From: Chiloscyllium plagiosum
Taxonomy: Eukaryota
Length of the DNA: 32,958 nucleotides
NCBI RefSeq assembly: GCF_004010195.1
Contig: NW_025215042.1
Location: 1-32,958, forward strand
Direction of reading: 5' to 3'
Shown one piece after another: positions 12,684 through 24,214 of the stretch. The stretch's first letter is position 1; each line of letters starts with the position of its first letter. The notes below the pieces were generated by a model. That model saw only the letters and a program-made list of their open reading frames with translations, made no database searches and had not been told where the DNA came from. The translations under genes were made by a program, and so were the position numbers.

Positions 12684-13108
12684 AGTTAAAAATCACACAG
12701 CACCAGGTAATAGTCCAACAGGTAAAATTGGAAGCATTAGATTTCGAAACGCTCCTACTTCATCAGGTGATTGAAATGAAGAAGCAGAGCTTTAAAAGCT
12801 CGTGCATCCAAATAAGTCTGTTGGACGATGAGATTACTTACAGTGTGGAAACAGGCCCTTCGGCCCAAAAAGTCCACACCGGCCCGCCGAAGCGCAACCC
12901 ACCCATACCCCTACATTTACCCCTTTAACCTAACACTACGGGCAATTTAACATTGCCAATTCACCTGACCCACACATCTTTGTGACTGTGGGAGGAAACC
13001 GGAGCACCCGGAGGAAACCCACGCAGACACGGGGAGAATGTGCATTTAGCCTGGTGTTGTTTAATTTTTAACTTTGTCCACCCCAGACCAACGTTGGCTC
13101 CTACAAAT
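12684..13108. mobile_element. Fold-back Penelope-like terminal element (second family), split by a SINE
   Basis: agttaaaaatcacacagcaccagg..gtccaacagg is inverted relative to ..ctgttggac|cctggtgttgtttaatttttaact; hammerhead-like CTGATGA..GAAA on the minus strand at 12738-12766. Confidence 0.7.
12829..13045 (-). mobile_element. 5'-truncated HE1-type SINE
   Basis: acagtgtggaaacaggcccttcggccc...ggaggaaaccggagcacccggaggaaacccacgcagacacggggagaatgtgca is the reverse complement of the SINE core and tail. Confidence 0.85.
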
Positions 13109-13891
13109 ACTGACACACATAGACAGAGAAACGTTTCCACACCAACACAGGCACATGCATAACTAAACATGCAAATAAAAATACACATACAGACGCACAG
13201 ATATGCACGAAGACACGCACAACTGAAAGCAGAAACCAACAGAGCTGGACGTGTTCTGAGACACAGTGTCTTGGCTTGACAAAAATATCTTCAATCATGT
13301 AGAGACAGGAAGAAACACAAACACACTCGAGCACATGCACATACAAAGAACGACATGCCGTTGTACTTGCACGGATATCAAAGTGCAAGAATATGAGTTA
13401 TCAATTAGCTAAATGGACTACCTGTAACAATGTAGGAAGGGATAAACGTCCTTGAGCTCCATGAAACACTAAATGGTGGATAACAATTCGAATCGTTGTT
13501 ATATTATAGCAGATATAAAACAACAGTTTTCAGTTATAAAACACATACTCCCCACAGTGAAGGAATTAAATAGGAATGGTTCTGACAAAAAAAAAACGCA
13601 ACATTGCATTATTTACACCACATTTATTTACAGGTTGACCGAATCCAGTTACCAGTAGACATAGTTAAAGAATATCTATCAGTTCTGAAGAAGGACCACT
13701 GGGCTGGAATTCTCGCCTGAGCTTTTTTTTTCCAGATGCTGTCAGACATGGTGAGTCTCTTCAGCAATTTCTGCTCTTCACACTTAAAGGGTTGACGTAT
13801 CTGTTCACAAGTAGAACGAGAAGCCCCTTTGGGGGAGACAGCAGTGAAATCACTTGGAAGAATGCGCTGTTAGTTTGCCATTGATCAGGCT

Positions 13892-14802
13892 TCAGTAGTT
13901 GTGCTTCTTTATTAGATGAATAATGGATGTGACAGGAACTTTCACCACGTCACTGAGTTGTTCTCTGAATTTAGACTGCGTCACCACATATATAAACGTA
14001 TTTGTACAGCAACTTAAATCTAGCAGCATACTTCCAACGTGTTGAAAATTAAGTTCAGACACTGTATAATACCCAGGATCTTTTTCTGTCACGGTATAGT
14101 ATATGACTTCCATTCCATACACTGACCAGAGAAGGATAAAAACGCCAGATAGACTAAAAAGTAAAATCACAGACTTCCTTCTGCTTTCCATCTCTCGGTC
14201 ACTGTGATTCCCTCCTTTTCTCTGACCTCTCAGTCCTTTATGGAGTCTGTTGGCCTGTAAAATGTGCCTGACTGTCAAAGTGTTAATGAATAGAATTAAA
14301 GTCAATGGCAGCAAAGGAGTTAAAACCTTATCGCACCAATCAAAGCCCATCCATCCAGAATCAGAGTAATAACTGGGTTTTGCAGAACAGAACCAGGATA
14401 TATTGTTGACTATTAGCCAAGGTCCATATACAAAATAGAAAGGTATGTTTTTGAAACAGAGTAAAATGCAGATTATTGATATCACTGTGGCAGCCGTTTT
14501 CCTGGTGCAGTATTTTATTTTCATCTGTTGGCAACAAATGGCAACAAATCTATCAAAGGAGAATGCAACAGTGAGCCAGACAGAGCAGTCTGTCGCTGCA
14601 GATACCAGGACAGCAATAAAACTACACACAGGGGTGAAGTCCAGGAAAGTCCATTGGAAATAATAATTACTGATTTGTCCCAATATGACTTCTGTTATAA
14701 TGACAAGTAGATCCGCTGTTTCCATTGCCACGAGGTAATGAGAGGTGCAAGTAGAAAGGCCACAATTCCCGCGAGACATTATCACAATTCCTAGCAAATT
14801 CA
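13892..14802 (-). CDS. Class A orphan GPCR, GPR139/GPR142-like, exon 2 (end of TM1 to C-terminus)
   Basis: Uninterrupted ORF with YLVAMETADLL (TM2), SVWLTVAFSFDRFVAIC (TM3, DRF), PLLPLTLILFIN (TM5), RRKSVILLFSLS (TM6), LSCCTNTFIY (TM7), SKFR (helix 8). Acceptor ccttttctcctgtacag ends at 14803; TGA at 13892-13894. Confidence 0.92.
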
Positions 14803-15607
14803 CTGTACAGGAGAAAAGGGAAAATGACAGAAAATAACTAAAATAGTTTTGTTCTCTTCTGTAGTTGGCTGTAAGTCCAAAATGCTTGCATTGAGATTAA
14901 TGTGTGTATCATTTGGAGGGAGGGCAGAGTCAAACGGGTGGAGACTTTTTTTTAAACAGATCTCTTCACTCCAGATCCAACATATTTACAATACATTCCA
15001 TTCTCAGTTTTGCAGAGTCTGTACATAGCGTTCTACACCGAAAAGTAAAAAAATGAATAGGAATTAAAGGGTTTTACATAAATTGGTTAAAGTTATGAAG
15101 TGCAAACAGTAATCACCGAAATTAAAATCATGGTGAATGCCTTTGAACAAAACAAGAGCAGAGTTTAATCAACATGGCTAACGAACTTTCAAAACTATGT
15201 GGATTAAATTCGATTGCCACCACAGCAAATATCTGCAGAACAAACATAGATTCAGATAGTCATATCGATGTATACCATCGAAAAAGATCCGCTGGAAAAA
15301 TCTGCCTGTGGTCAACAATTACCTCTCAAATATTCTAAACCAATTTACCAGCATCGCAAGTACACTTCAAGAAAAAAAAAACAATCAAAGTGTTATTATG
15401 GATACTGTCTTTATCACACTTACGGGCAGTGAATTCTAGTTTCTCACCACCCTCTTGGAAAAAATGTATTTTCCTCACAACCTTTCTAAATATTCTGCCT
15501 TTTACTTTGAATTGATGCACCTTAGTCATTGATCTCGCCATCAACAGAGAAAAACTATGTCTTCTGTTCCATGTATACCATTATAACGTTATATATCTTA
15601 CTAATGT

Positions 15608-15845
15608 CAAGACGAGAGTGGTGCTGGAGAAGCACAGCAGGTCAGGCAGCATCCGAGGAGCAGGAAAAGTCGACACTTTTGGAAAAAGCTCTTCATAAGG
15701 AATGAGGGATGTCTCATTCCTGATGAAGGACTTTTACCCGAAATGTCGATTTTTACTGCGCATCGGATACTACCTCACCTGCTTTGCTTCTCCAACACCA
15801 CCCTCATCTTGACTCTGATTTCCAGCAACTGCTGTACCCACTTCC
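15608..15845. mobile_element. Fold-back Penelope-like mini-element with hammerhead cores and a 13-bp target-site duplication, in the GPCR intron
   Basis: ~100-bp inverted arms (gtcaagacgagagtggtgctggagaagc...ggaatgag / ctcattcc...cttctccaacaccaccctcatcttgac) around a 6-nt loop; TSD atcttactaatgt (15595-15607) / atcttactgatgt (15846-15858). Confidence 0.8.
15720..15747 (+). ncRNA. Minimal hammerhead ribozyme motif (core intact, stem II weakened)
   Basis: CTGATGA-A-GGAC-TTTT-ACCC-GAAA-TGTC. Confidence 0.55.
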
Positions 15846-16737
15846 ATCTTACTGATGTGTTGTCTCAATCTCCTCTGTTCTAATGAAAACAAGCCCAGTC
15901 AGTGCAATCTCTCTCCATAACTAAAACTCTCTCAGCGAGTCAGAAAATATTTCACGAAAATTGGATTATTGTTGGAAAGAGAGAAACGAATTTGTCATTG
16001 ACACGCAATAAAAAGTGTTACATTTAGGATAGTTCAGCCTGCTTGGGAAAAGTACAGCAGGTCAGGCAGAGTCAGAGAACCAGGGGAGTGGAAGTTTCGG
16101 GCAGACGTCCGTCAACAGGAATGTGATGACTTTAACCTGAGGGTTACCAAACCTCAGATGAAGTGCAAAGGTCAAAAAGGAAAGACATCCACGGTAACCG
16201 CAACCTGCAGAATTGAACGGCAGTGCAGCCATCAATTTGCATTTCAACACAGCCAATCCTGCCAAGTACACAATTGATTGACATTAGCTCGGTAATATCT
16301 GTTTTTAAATTCAACACGAGTCAGAAAATATCAAGAAATTAAAGAACATTTGAATCCAACAATTATTTTATTTCAGTCTAATGCACGGGAAAGAAAATCA
16401 GGGAGTAAAGCAAAATAGAGAGAAAAACAAATTGCAGGCAACTTCTTTTTTGACAAAAAAAAAGAGTATTGCTGAAGAAAAAGCTTTTTTAAAAGAGTGT
16501 GTTTCTCTTGTTCTCATCAGGCCAAATACAAGAGTAAATCAATACAGGGGAAAACCAACAGTACGAAACGAACGTTGTCAGAGCCATACGGTGATCCAGG
16601 TATACAGCACAGAAACAAACACTTCAGTCCAACCCGTCCATGCCGACCAGATGACGTATCCCAATCCAGTCCTAACTGGCAGCTCCCGGCCCATATCCCT
16701 CCAACGCCTTTCTATTGATATACCCATACAGACGTCA

Positions 16738-16915
16738 GGGTGACACGGTGATTCATTGATTATCACTGCTGTGCTTTACAGCACCAGTCACCCGGGTTTG
16801 ATTTCCACCTTGGGCTACTGTCTATGTGGAGCTTGAACATTCTCCCCGTATCTGCATGGGTTTCCTCCCACAGCACAAAAATATGCGGGACAGGTAAATT
16901 GGCAATGCTAAACCG
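16738..16915 (+). mobile_element. HE1-type SINE, degenerate, 3'-truncated
   Basis: ggtgacacggtgattcattg..cacccgggtttgatttcc (B-box)..tgtggagcttgaacattctccccgtatctgcatgggtttcc. Confidence 0.8.
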
Positions 16916-16961
16916 TTCATCAACAAGGGTGATTTTTCTTTCAATGGTTACAGTCACTTAC

Positions 16962-17028
16962 CAGGCACACCAATGACAGCGAGAATCACGTAATATATTT
17001 TCACCACCTGCTGAATTGGAAGATGCAT
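16962..17028 (-). CDS. GPR139/GPR142-like GPCR exon 1 (MHLPIQQVVKIYYVILAVIGVP)
   Basis: ATG at 17028, 22 codons plus 1 nt, then the donor CCTG|GTAAGT. The phase-1 join G+TG gives VIGVPVNLLGIVIMSR and completes TM1; total 325 aa. Confidence 0.88.
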
Positions 17029-17434
17029 TTTCAAAATTAATTCATTTGCCCATTCCACTTGTCTTCAATTTTCTCTGTCAAAGCCCAAAGCGATACTTTA
17101 CTGAAGTGCTTCATTTATATCCCGTGAGATTTCCTTGGAGAAACGGATATTACAACATCGTTCAACCAAATTTAACTTCTTGAAAACAAGTCAACGTAGC
17201 AAATTATGACAAGAGGTTAATTCCTTGCCGTGATAAATTAGCTTCAGCCTTAATGCTAAATTGTTCAATTTGAATCACAACAATTAAAGTATTAAAAAAA
17301 AAACAGATGTTGCAGATTCCCAGCAGTGGTGCATTCTTCAGGAAGACGTAGGGAGCCATTCCGAACGTTTGAACAGGAATACAATATTCAACCTCTCGAG
17401 TATTTTCTGCTATTCAATGAGGTTACATCCCATT

Positions 17435-17735
17435 CTGTGCAGAAAGAGACCATTTCGCCTATTAAGTCTGCATCCCATCCAGACTCATCATCCCACACCA
17501 TTCCCATTACATTGCAAGTGTAAACCAACCTATCCTGCACAACACAGACAATTTAGCTTGACCAATCCACTTAACCTGCTCACATTTGCAATGTGAAAGC
17601 GAACCGGAAAGCTCAATGAAAACTCGCGCAATCACGGGGAGATCTCGCAAACTGCACACCAACCATCATGCAATGCTCGAAGCGACCCATACCATGAGAA
17701 TTGTGAGACAGTAATAGTAACGTGAATCAACATGC
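17435..17735 (-). mobile_element. Old HE1-type SINE
   Basis: tgcagaaagagaccatttcgcc tail and gaaaactcgcgcaatcacggggagatctcgcaaactgcacac core in reverse orientation. Confidence 0.65.
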
Positions 17736-18668
17736 GAACCACAGAGTTGACCTTTGACCTAAAAAAGTATATGCCTGCCTTTGGAAGACATCACTGAAAG
17801 CCTATTTAAATAAATCAAATTCATCTTGAAAGCTAAAAGTGACGATTAACAACTGGACTCTCCTTTTCTAATTATTGTTCATCACGCAAATGTACGCATT
17901 TGGATATTTAATTGCTTTGGGTGACACTCTGTCATATGTATTTGGATGAACTTTGAAAACATGAATAATCATTTTAAAAATTTGTAGGCAAGGGCGATTA
18001 CTGGTTTGAGGTAAATTATGACTTCATCGCATTCATACCAAACCATCTAACTGCTTTCGCATGAGACAGCAGCGAGTGACTTTGGTTGAATCTGATGGTC
18101 ACCACCCTCCAGGGGAGGGAAGAGGAAGAGTGCAGAGGAGACGGATGGTAGAGATTACTGAGAACTACGCAGTGATGAGAGGAATAGATGTTTGAGACAG
18201 GAGGGACTTTACGTTTGGTGCACAGATAAATAGATAATGATGTCGAGAGAAACGAAGTTTCAGTAAGTTCAGATGCGAAGAGATGATAAAAAGATCGATT
18301 GATAGGAATGAGGAATTCATGGCCTGGAAGATTGCTTGAATCTGACACCCTCAGAAAACTATATATTTAGGTAAATGTGCATTCACGATGTCAAGATATA
18401 TCGGTTTTGGGTGCATTGCTCAAAAATTGGATTAGCTTTGTTGGTAAATAAGAGAGCTAAAACTGATAAAGGTCGTGTGGCTGGGCGGGGAGAGACGGGG
18501 GCAGATGAACGTGGAAGGGGATATTAATATCAAGGGAAAGACTGTTTACTTCCTGTTTTGCTAAATGACGCATTAATTACATATAATCTAACATGGAACC
18601 ATCTCCTTCTTCAGTAGATGAACAAGTCACCACATAAACCTAACCATCGAACATGTAGATTATTAGGC

Positions 18669-18675
<7 letters not shown>

Positions 18676-18718
<43 letters not shown>
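18676..18718. repeat. (TG)n microsatellite, about 21 units
   Basis: Perfect dinucleotide run. Confidence 0.97.
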
Positions 18719-18721
<3 letters not shown>

Positions 18722-19395
18722 AAAAAATAATCCAATGTCACTCCAGTGGCTATGCTTTAAAAATACCGGTTGCATCCAAACACCACATCTGCAATTTCTA
18801 ATCTTTGACGTAGGAAATTCCATTTGATCACATGAGTTATGGGAAGATGTGACGTTTGAAATCTTTATGTTAAACCAAAACAATGTTTCGCAGCTTTAGA
18901 TGTTCTAAAGAGTTTTTATTGCTTTTCTATTTCTGGCTAATTGCCTGCATTTTGTTCTGCATGTAAGCAGAGCATGATCACAAAAGATGGAATTCGTTCT
19001 TAACACTGTACTATCATCAGACAGCATCCGAACGTCTGACATTATGAATCATATAATCATGGATGTATGTAGTAGTGTACCCACCAGTGTGTCAAGACCA
19101 TGTCAGCAAAGTGACGCCATTAACTGCACAAGACTAACTTTCCAGTGCAAGGTTTATCGCCTTGATTATTATGACATCTGAAGTACTCATCTAAATATTT
19201 TCGAAATGTTTTGAGATTTGTCGCCTCAATCGCCATCGCATGGCTTGTTTTCCAGACCTCCACCAAGCTCTTGATGAAAACATTGTGCTGAACACCCTGC
19301 ATGGCACTTTAAACTGACACTCACCTCCTTGGTGTTGATTTTCCAAAAAAGAGGAACACTTTTTCTTTATCTATCCTGTCCATACCTATAGCAAC

Positions 19396-19695
19396 GCGGC
19401 GGCACGGTGGCGCAATGGTTGGCACTGCTGCCTCTCAACGCGAGAAACCCAGGTTCTATTCCAGCCTCGGTGGACTGTCTGTGCGGTGGTTTGCACATTC
19501 CCCGTGTCTGCGTGGTATTCCTCTGTGTATTCCGGTTTTCCTCCAACAGTGTGCGTGTCTGGTGAATTGGCCCAGCGAAATTACCCAGAGGTGCATTAGT
19601 CAGAGGGAAATGGGTCTGGCTGAGTTACTCTTCGGAGGGTCGGTGTGGACTTGGTGAGCCGAATGGCCTGTTTCCACAGTGTAGGGAATCTAATC
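19396..19695 (+). mobile_element. Near full-length HE1-type SINE
   Basis: gcggcggcacggtggcgcaatggttggcactgctgcctctca..ccaggttctattccagcc..tttgcacattccccgtgtctgcgtgg..gccgaatggcctgtttccacagtgtagggaatcta. Confidence 0.9.
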
Positions 19696-21384
19696 TTACA
19701 AACCATTAGCCCACAATACTTTCTGCTCCACAAAGGAACGTTCTCTTCATGTCTGAAATGTATAAATCCAGGCAACATCTTGACTGATCTCATCCCTCCA
19801 ATACAACTACAAAAATTCTATCATATCGGGAACATAACTATTGCCAATAGTCCAGCTATGGCCAAAATAAAGTCCTGTACAGGCAACATAACCTCCACAT
19901 TCTTAAAAGTGAAACTGAGGAGATTCCCTGAGGTGTGTTGTTTAACCGCAGTAATTGGTAAGATGAAGATGCCTCTTATATTTGTAAGGGACTTGAAAAC
20001 AAAGAACTACAGAGCTGAAAGAACAGAATTACACTAAAGCGTGGAATTACGAGAGAAATCAGCAGATTTAGCTGCATCTGTGGGGAGAAACCAAACCTAA
20101 TGGTTCACGGTCAGTTACCATTCTCTAAAATGATAGCTGCTATGAAAAGATGACACTTATGCTGAGGACGGGGTTGGGTGGGTAGGATGGAAAGAGCGAT
20201 CACAGACTGCGAATGTTGTAGGCAGTCAATGGGGTTGTGGTTAGTTATGCTGAGATTAAGTAGTTGGATATGTGGTCGTGACGACAATATGGAGATGACA
20301 ACGCGTTGCTTCTGCTGAAACCAAGCTCCCTGCTGACAGGTCGTGGACTTGTAAGTCTAAGTATGAGTGAAGGAAAAATATGTTCATGCTATGAAATTGT
20401 GCAAGGCAATATTAAGTTCTGAGGGGAGTTAGGTGTCTTGAGGCTACTTTATCATGCAACAATATATTATTGGAAGGTGACTGGCATAGGCTTGTGTCTC
20501 AATTATCCTTTCATTGAGAGTTTCATCGAGAGAGCCATAAGTCTCTGAAAGGACTTTAACATGACAGTATTACAAAATACCCCGACACGGATAATGGTTT
20601 TCTTCACTTGTCCACAAGAGTCTTTCGAGGATTGCTGTGGGATGTCATGTAAATGGTCTCAGTGATGCCTCTATACAACAATGGAATATTTTTGTCATAT
20701 ATACTTTGACCTGATGTTACCAAATTGCACTGGATCAGCCAAAACTTGAGTATCCAAAGGTCACCCCATCTCAATGACACCACAGATTACCGACTGTTTT
20801 GAAGGAGCTTTGTGCTTCAACTGTCACATTTTAGCTGTTTGGGAATCAGCAGCAAATGAGGAAATCATGGCTTTTGCAATTTGTGTCCCTAATGATGGCG
20901 AAGAAAATGACACTATAGAAAGGAGATGTCAAAGTAAATAATGTGCAGAAGCACAGAATACCTGGATGGGGAATTCACTTTCTCAGATCTGTCCCAGCTT
21001 TGCTAAAATACACCTCAGCTCCATCGAAAAATGTGACTGAATAGAATCGTTCAGCTTTACACTACGTCAGAACATCTTCTGCTCATTGAGACTGCCCCAA
21101 CAGAATGTAATACGACCGATAAGAGTCATCGTTTGCCGCACAAGCCACACAGCTTTGAATGTTGTGAAGAATCAATCGGCCAACCAAGGTACTTTTTAAA
21201 TTTTGTGAGATTTGCCACCTCCACTAACCGGCAGCATTCCAGAACCCCATCACTCGCTGGGCGACAGAAGTTTCTTCAAATACCCTTGAAACAGTAAACT
21301 TGTAAACTTACCTTAATACTTTATCTAAAGTGATCCAATGACTTTTGAATGAAAGACAGACCGATTCCTGTCTCTGTTTGCGAA

Positions 21385-21520
21385 AAGGTTCAGGTGTTGT
21401 CGATGTTTTGTGCATCACCCTTCGTCAGAAATGGTATTCCTGAAGAAGGGTTCGACCTGAAACGTTGATTTCTCCACTTCCTGACGCTGCTTGGTTTCCT
21501 GTCCTCTTCCAGCCTCCTGC
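21385..21520. mobile_element. Fold-back Penelope-like terminal element with two opposed hammerhead motifs
   Basis: Minus arm CTGACGA-A-GGGT-GAT-GCAC-AAAA-CATC (degenerate); plus arm intact at 21440-21466. Confidence 0.7.
21440..21466 (+). ncRNA. Minimal hammerhead ribozyme motif
   Basis: CTGAAGA-A-GGGT-TCG-ACCT-GAAA-CGTT; stem II has 4 bp including one G-U; palindromic AACGTT in the helix III position. Confidence 0.65.
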
Positions 21521-21544
21521 ATGTGGACTTAAAGTTTGAGGACT

Positions 21545-22190
21545 CTGGATTTATATTCGGTGGGGTTTAGAAGGATGAGTGGGACCAATTTGAAACACAC
21601 GGAATACTGATCGGCCTGGACCGTTGGATGTTGGGAAGATATTTCCATTGATAGAAGAGAATAGGACCCGATGGTATCATTGTAGTGTAAAAGGAAGACC
21701 TTTTCAGAACAGAGATAAGGGACTTACAGTCTTGGCCAGAGAGTGATGAATAATAGACTGCATTGCCACAGACAGCAGTGGAGGCCATGTCATCGAGTAT
21801 ATTTCAGCCTGAGACAGATAGGTTCCTAAGTATCAAGGTGAGAGTAGTGCTGCAAAACCTATCTTTGCATCATCTGCAAACGGACCCAGAATGCCCTCAG
21901 TTCCTTCATCCAGATCATTGATGCGTAAAGTGAAAAGTTGCCATCCCATAACCGATCATTGTGGAACTCCACTAGTCACCGGCTCCCATCTTGAGAAGGA
22001 CCCTTTTGTCCCCAATCTCGGCCAGGCTGCCAATCATATACCCATGCTAGTACCTGACCTCTAACACCAGTGGCGCTTTCTTTACTCAACAACTTCCTGC
22101 GCAGTATCTCATCCGATGCCTTCTGGAAGTTCAGATAGATAACATCCATTGGCTCTCCTTTGGCTAAACTGTTCGTTACCAACAAAGTAT
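21545..22190. mobile_element. CR1 fragments in opposite orientations (plus ~21545-21840, minus ~21850-22190)
   Basis: Plus strand GLYSVGFRRMSGTNLK-like ORF2 end; minus ORF 21976-22209 with MDVIYLNFQKASDEIL. Confidence 0.75.
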
Positions 22191-22261
22191 GCATGTCCAC
22201 CATTTCCATACGTTATCAGCACAGATGAAAATGTGTTCAAAAAGTCATATTGTACACTTCA

Positions 22262-22412
22262 GGAGAAAGTGAGGATTGCAGACGCTGGAGATCAGAGTCG
22301 AAAGGTGTGGCACTAGTAAAACACAGCAGGTCAGGCAGTATCTGAGGAACAGGGGTATCAACATTTTGGCATAAATTTTTCATCACGATGTGCTTTTCTA
22401 GCGCCAAACTTT
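22262..22412 (-). mobile_element. Penelope-like terminal element, partly fold-back, degenerate hammerhead
   Basis: ggagaaagtgaggattgcagacgctggagatcagagtcg..acacagcaggtcaggcagtatctgagg, the reverse complement of the 4089-4219 family. Confidence 0.7.
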
Positions 22413-22994
22413 GCGATATTGTACACATTTTTTAGGCACGCCATAGGAGAAGGTTGGCGATGCTGAAGCTGTTTGATATTTTGGTTAGGTTACAGCTGCC
22501 ATTTTATCCGTAGTTTTGGAATGTAAGTCACAGGAGGAACTTAATATCAGTGTAGATGTGCAGAGGATGTTCTCTGGAATTCAGTGTTGCAGATATTGTG
22601 CACCTTAGTGCAGAGAAGATTGAAGGGGGACATGATTGATGTCTAAAACAGACTATGAGGGGCATAGTTAGATTAGATAGGAAGGAACAGTTCCCCGAGA
22701 CGGAGTGACCAATGATCAGTGATCATCGATTTACGGTTAGGAGGGAAGGGTTTAGATGAAAAAATGAAAAAAAACCTTTTCAGACGATAGCAAAAAAATG
22801 ATATTGGCATAGTAACGTGCAGTTCCTTTTCTGGCACTGGTAGGATAGGCTGATAGACCTTTTGCTATGCTGATAGACCTCTTTGACGCAATGAGTTTAA
22901 TAGCGTTATTATTTAAGTAAAACAGTTTCCCATGCTTGAGCTTGTAAATACTTAAAAGGAAAAATATCGTAGAGTTGACGGGGTTTTTTTCAGC

Positions 22995-24115
22995 CCAGAA
23001 ATAGACACTTCGGACAAACTTGTCCACTCTGACAAGATGTCCTAAACCCGTTTCGTCCCATTTGCCAGCCTTTGGCCCATATTTCTCTAAACACTTCTTA
23101 TCCATGTACACCTCCAGATGACTTTTAAACTTCTTAATTGTACCCCTTCAAGATATCCGGTGTCAGCTTGTTCCATGCACACGCCATCCTCTGCATGATA
23201 AAATTGTCCCCCAAGGCCCTTTTAAGTCATTCCCCTCTCACCTTAAACATTTGGTTTCTCGTTTTTGATTCGCTTATCATTGGAAAAACACCTTGGCTAT
23301 TCACTCAACCCCCTAATCATGAATGTATTGCCCTTTATTTGGTCATTCCTCAGTCTCTGAAGTTCCAGGGGTAAAAAAATCTCCAGCCTATTCACCCTGT
23401 CCTTATGTCCCTAACCTTAAATCTCGACAACATGCTTGTAAATCTTTTCTGAGTTATTTGCATTTTGACAGCTCCTTTAACAGGGAGACAAGAATTGAAT
23501 GCAGTGTTCTGATAATGCCTTACCAACGTTCTTTACAGCCACACAAGATGTTCCAACTCCCATACTCAATGCACTGACCAACGAAAACACACATGACAAA
23601 TACCTTCTTCACCACCTAACTATGTTGCACTTCTGTGAAATACGAGCCTGCACCCCAAGATCTCTTTGTTTGACAGCACTCACTAAGTCAATACCATTAA
23701 CCCTTTTTGCCTTACCAAAATGCAACACGTTATATTTACTAAATTATACTCAATCTGCGAATCCTAGGCTCACGAGTCCATGTGATCAATGGAGCGATGT
23801 ACTCTGAAGTGACGTTTTTCACTATCTACTGTACCAGCAATTTTGGCGCCATTTGCAACTTTATTAACCAGATGTCTTATGTTGACATCCAAATCATGAA
23901 GACGAATGGTGAAAACCAGGGGACCCAGCAGTGATCCTTGTGCATGCATCTGGTAACATGTCCAGTCTGATAAACAATATCCGACAAGCACCCTCTGTCT
24001 CCAACCTTTAAGGAAATATTGTATTCAGTTGGCTTGCTCCCGCTGGATTCTATGTGATCGAACCGTCCCAACAATTTAACTATGTGGAACTTTGCCGAAG
24101 GCTGATCAACCTGTA
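22995..24115 (-). mobile_element. Decayed CR1 ORF2 3' portion
   Basis: QGSLLGPLVFTIRLHDLD..VNKVANGAKIAGTVDSE (23770-23991) and the CR1-type end YMDKKCLEKYGPKAGKWD. Confidence 0.85.
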
Positions 24116-24214
24116 AAAGTTTAAGGCTTGAAAATTTCAGACTGATAAGGGAATGTCCCGCTAACCGTGGCACATTCAAAGCCACATGTGCCACTTAATT
24201 GGGCAATGAAACCA

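Noticed and set aside
12961..13388. Cys/Val-rich minus-strand ORFs
   Set aside because: Translations of a decayed (CA)n-rich tract and a SINE.
14445..14710. Plus-strand ORFs of 72 and 60 aa
   Set aside because: Antisense shadows of the GPCR exon.
14801..14803. GTG start of the 303-aa ORF given by the ORF track
   Set aside because: It overlaps a splice acceptor; the real start is in exon 1 at 17028.
18611..18883. ORFs with HTHTHT or VCVCVC runs
   Set aside because: Produced by the (TG)n microsatellite.
19396..19470. tRNA gene-like A and B boxes
   Set aside because: Head of a tRNA-derived SINE; continues into SINE core and CR1-like tail.
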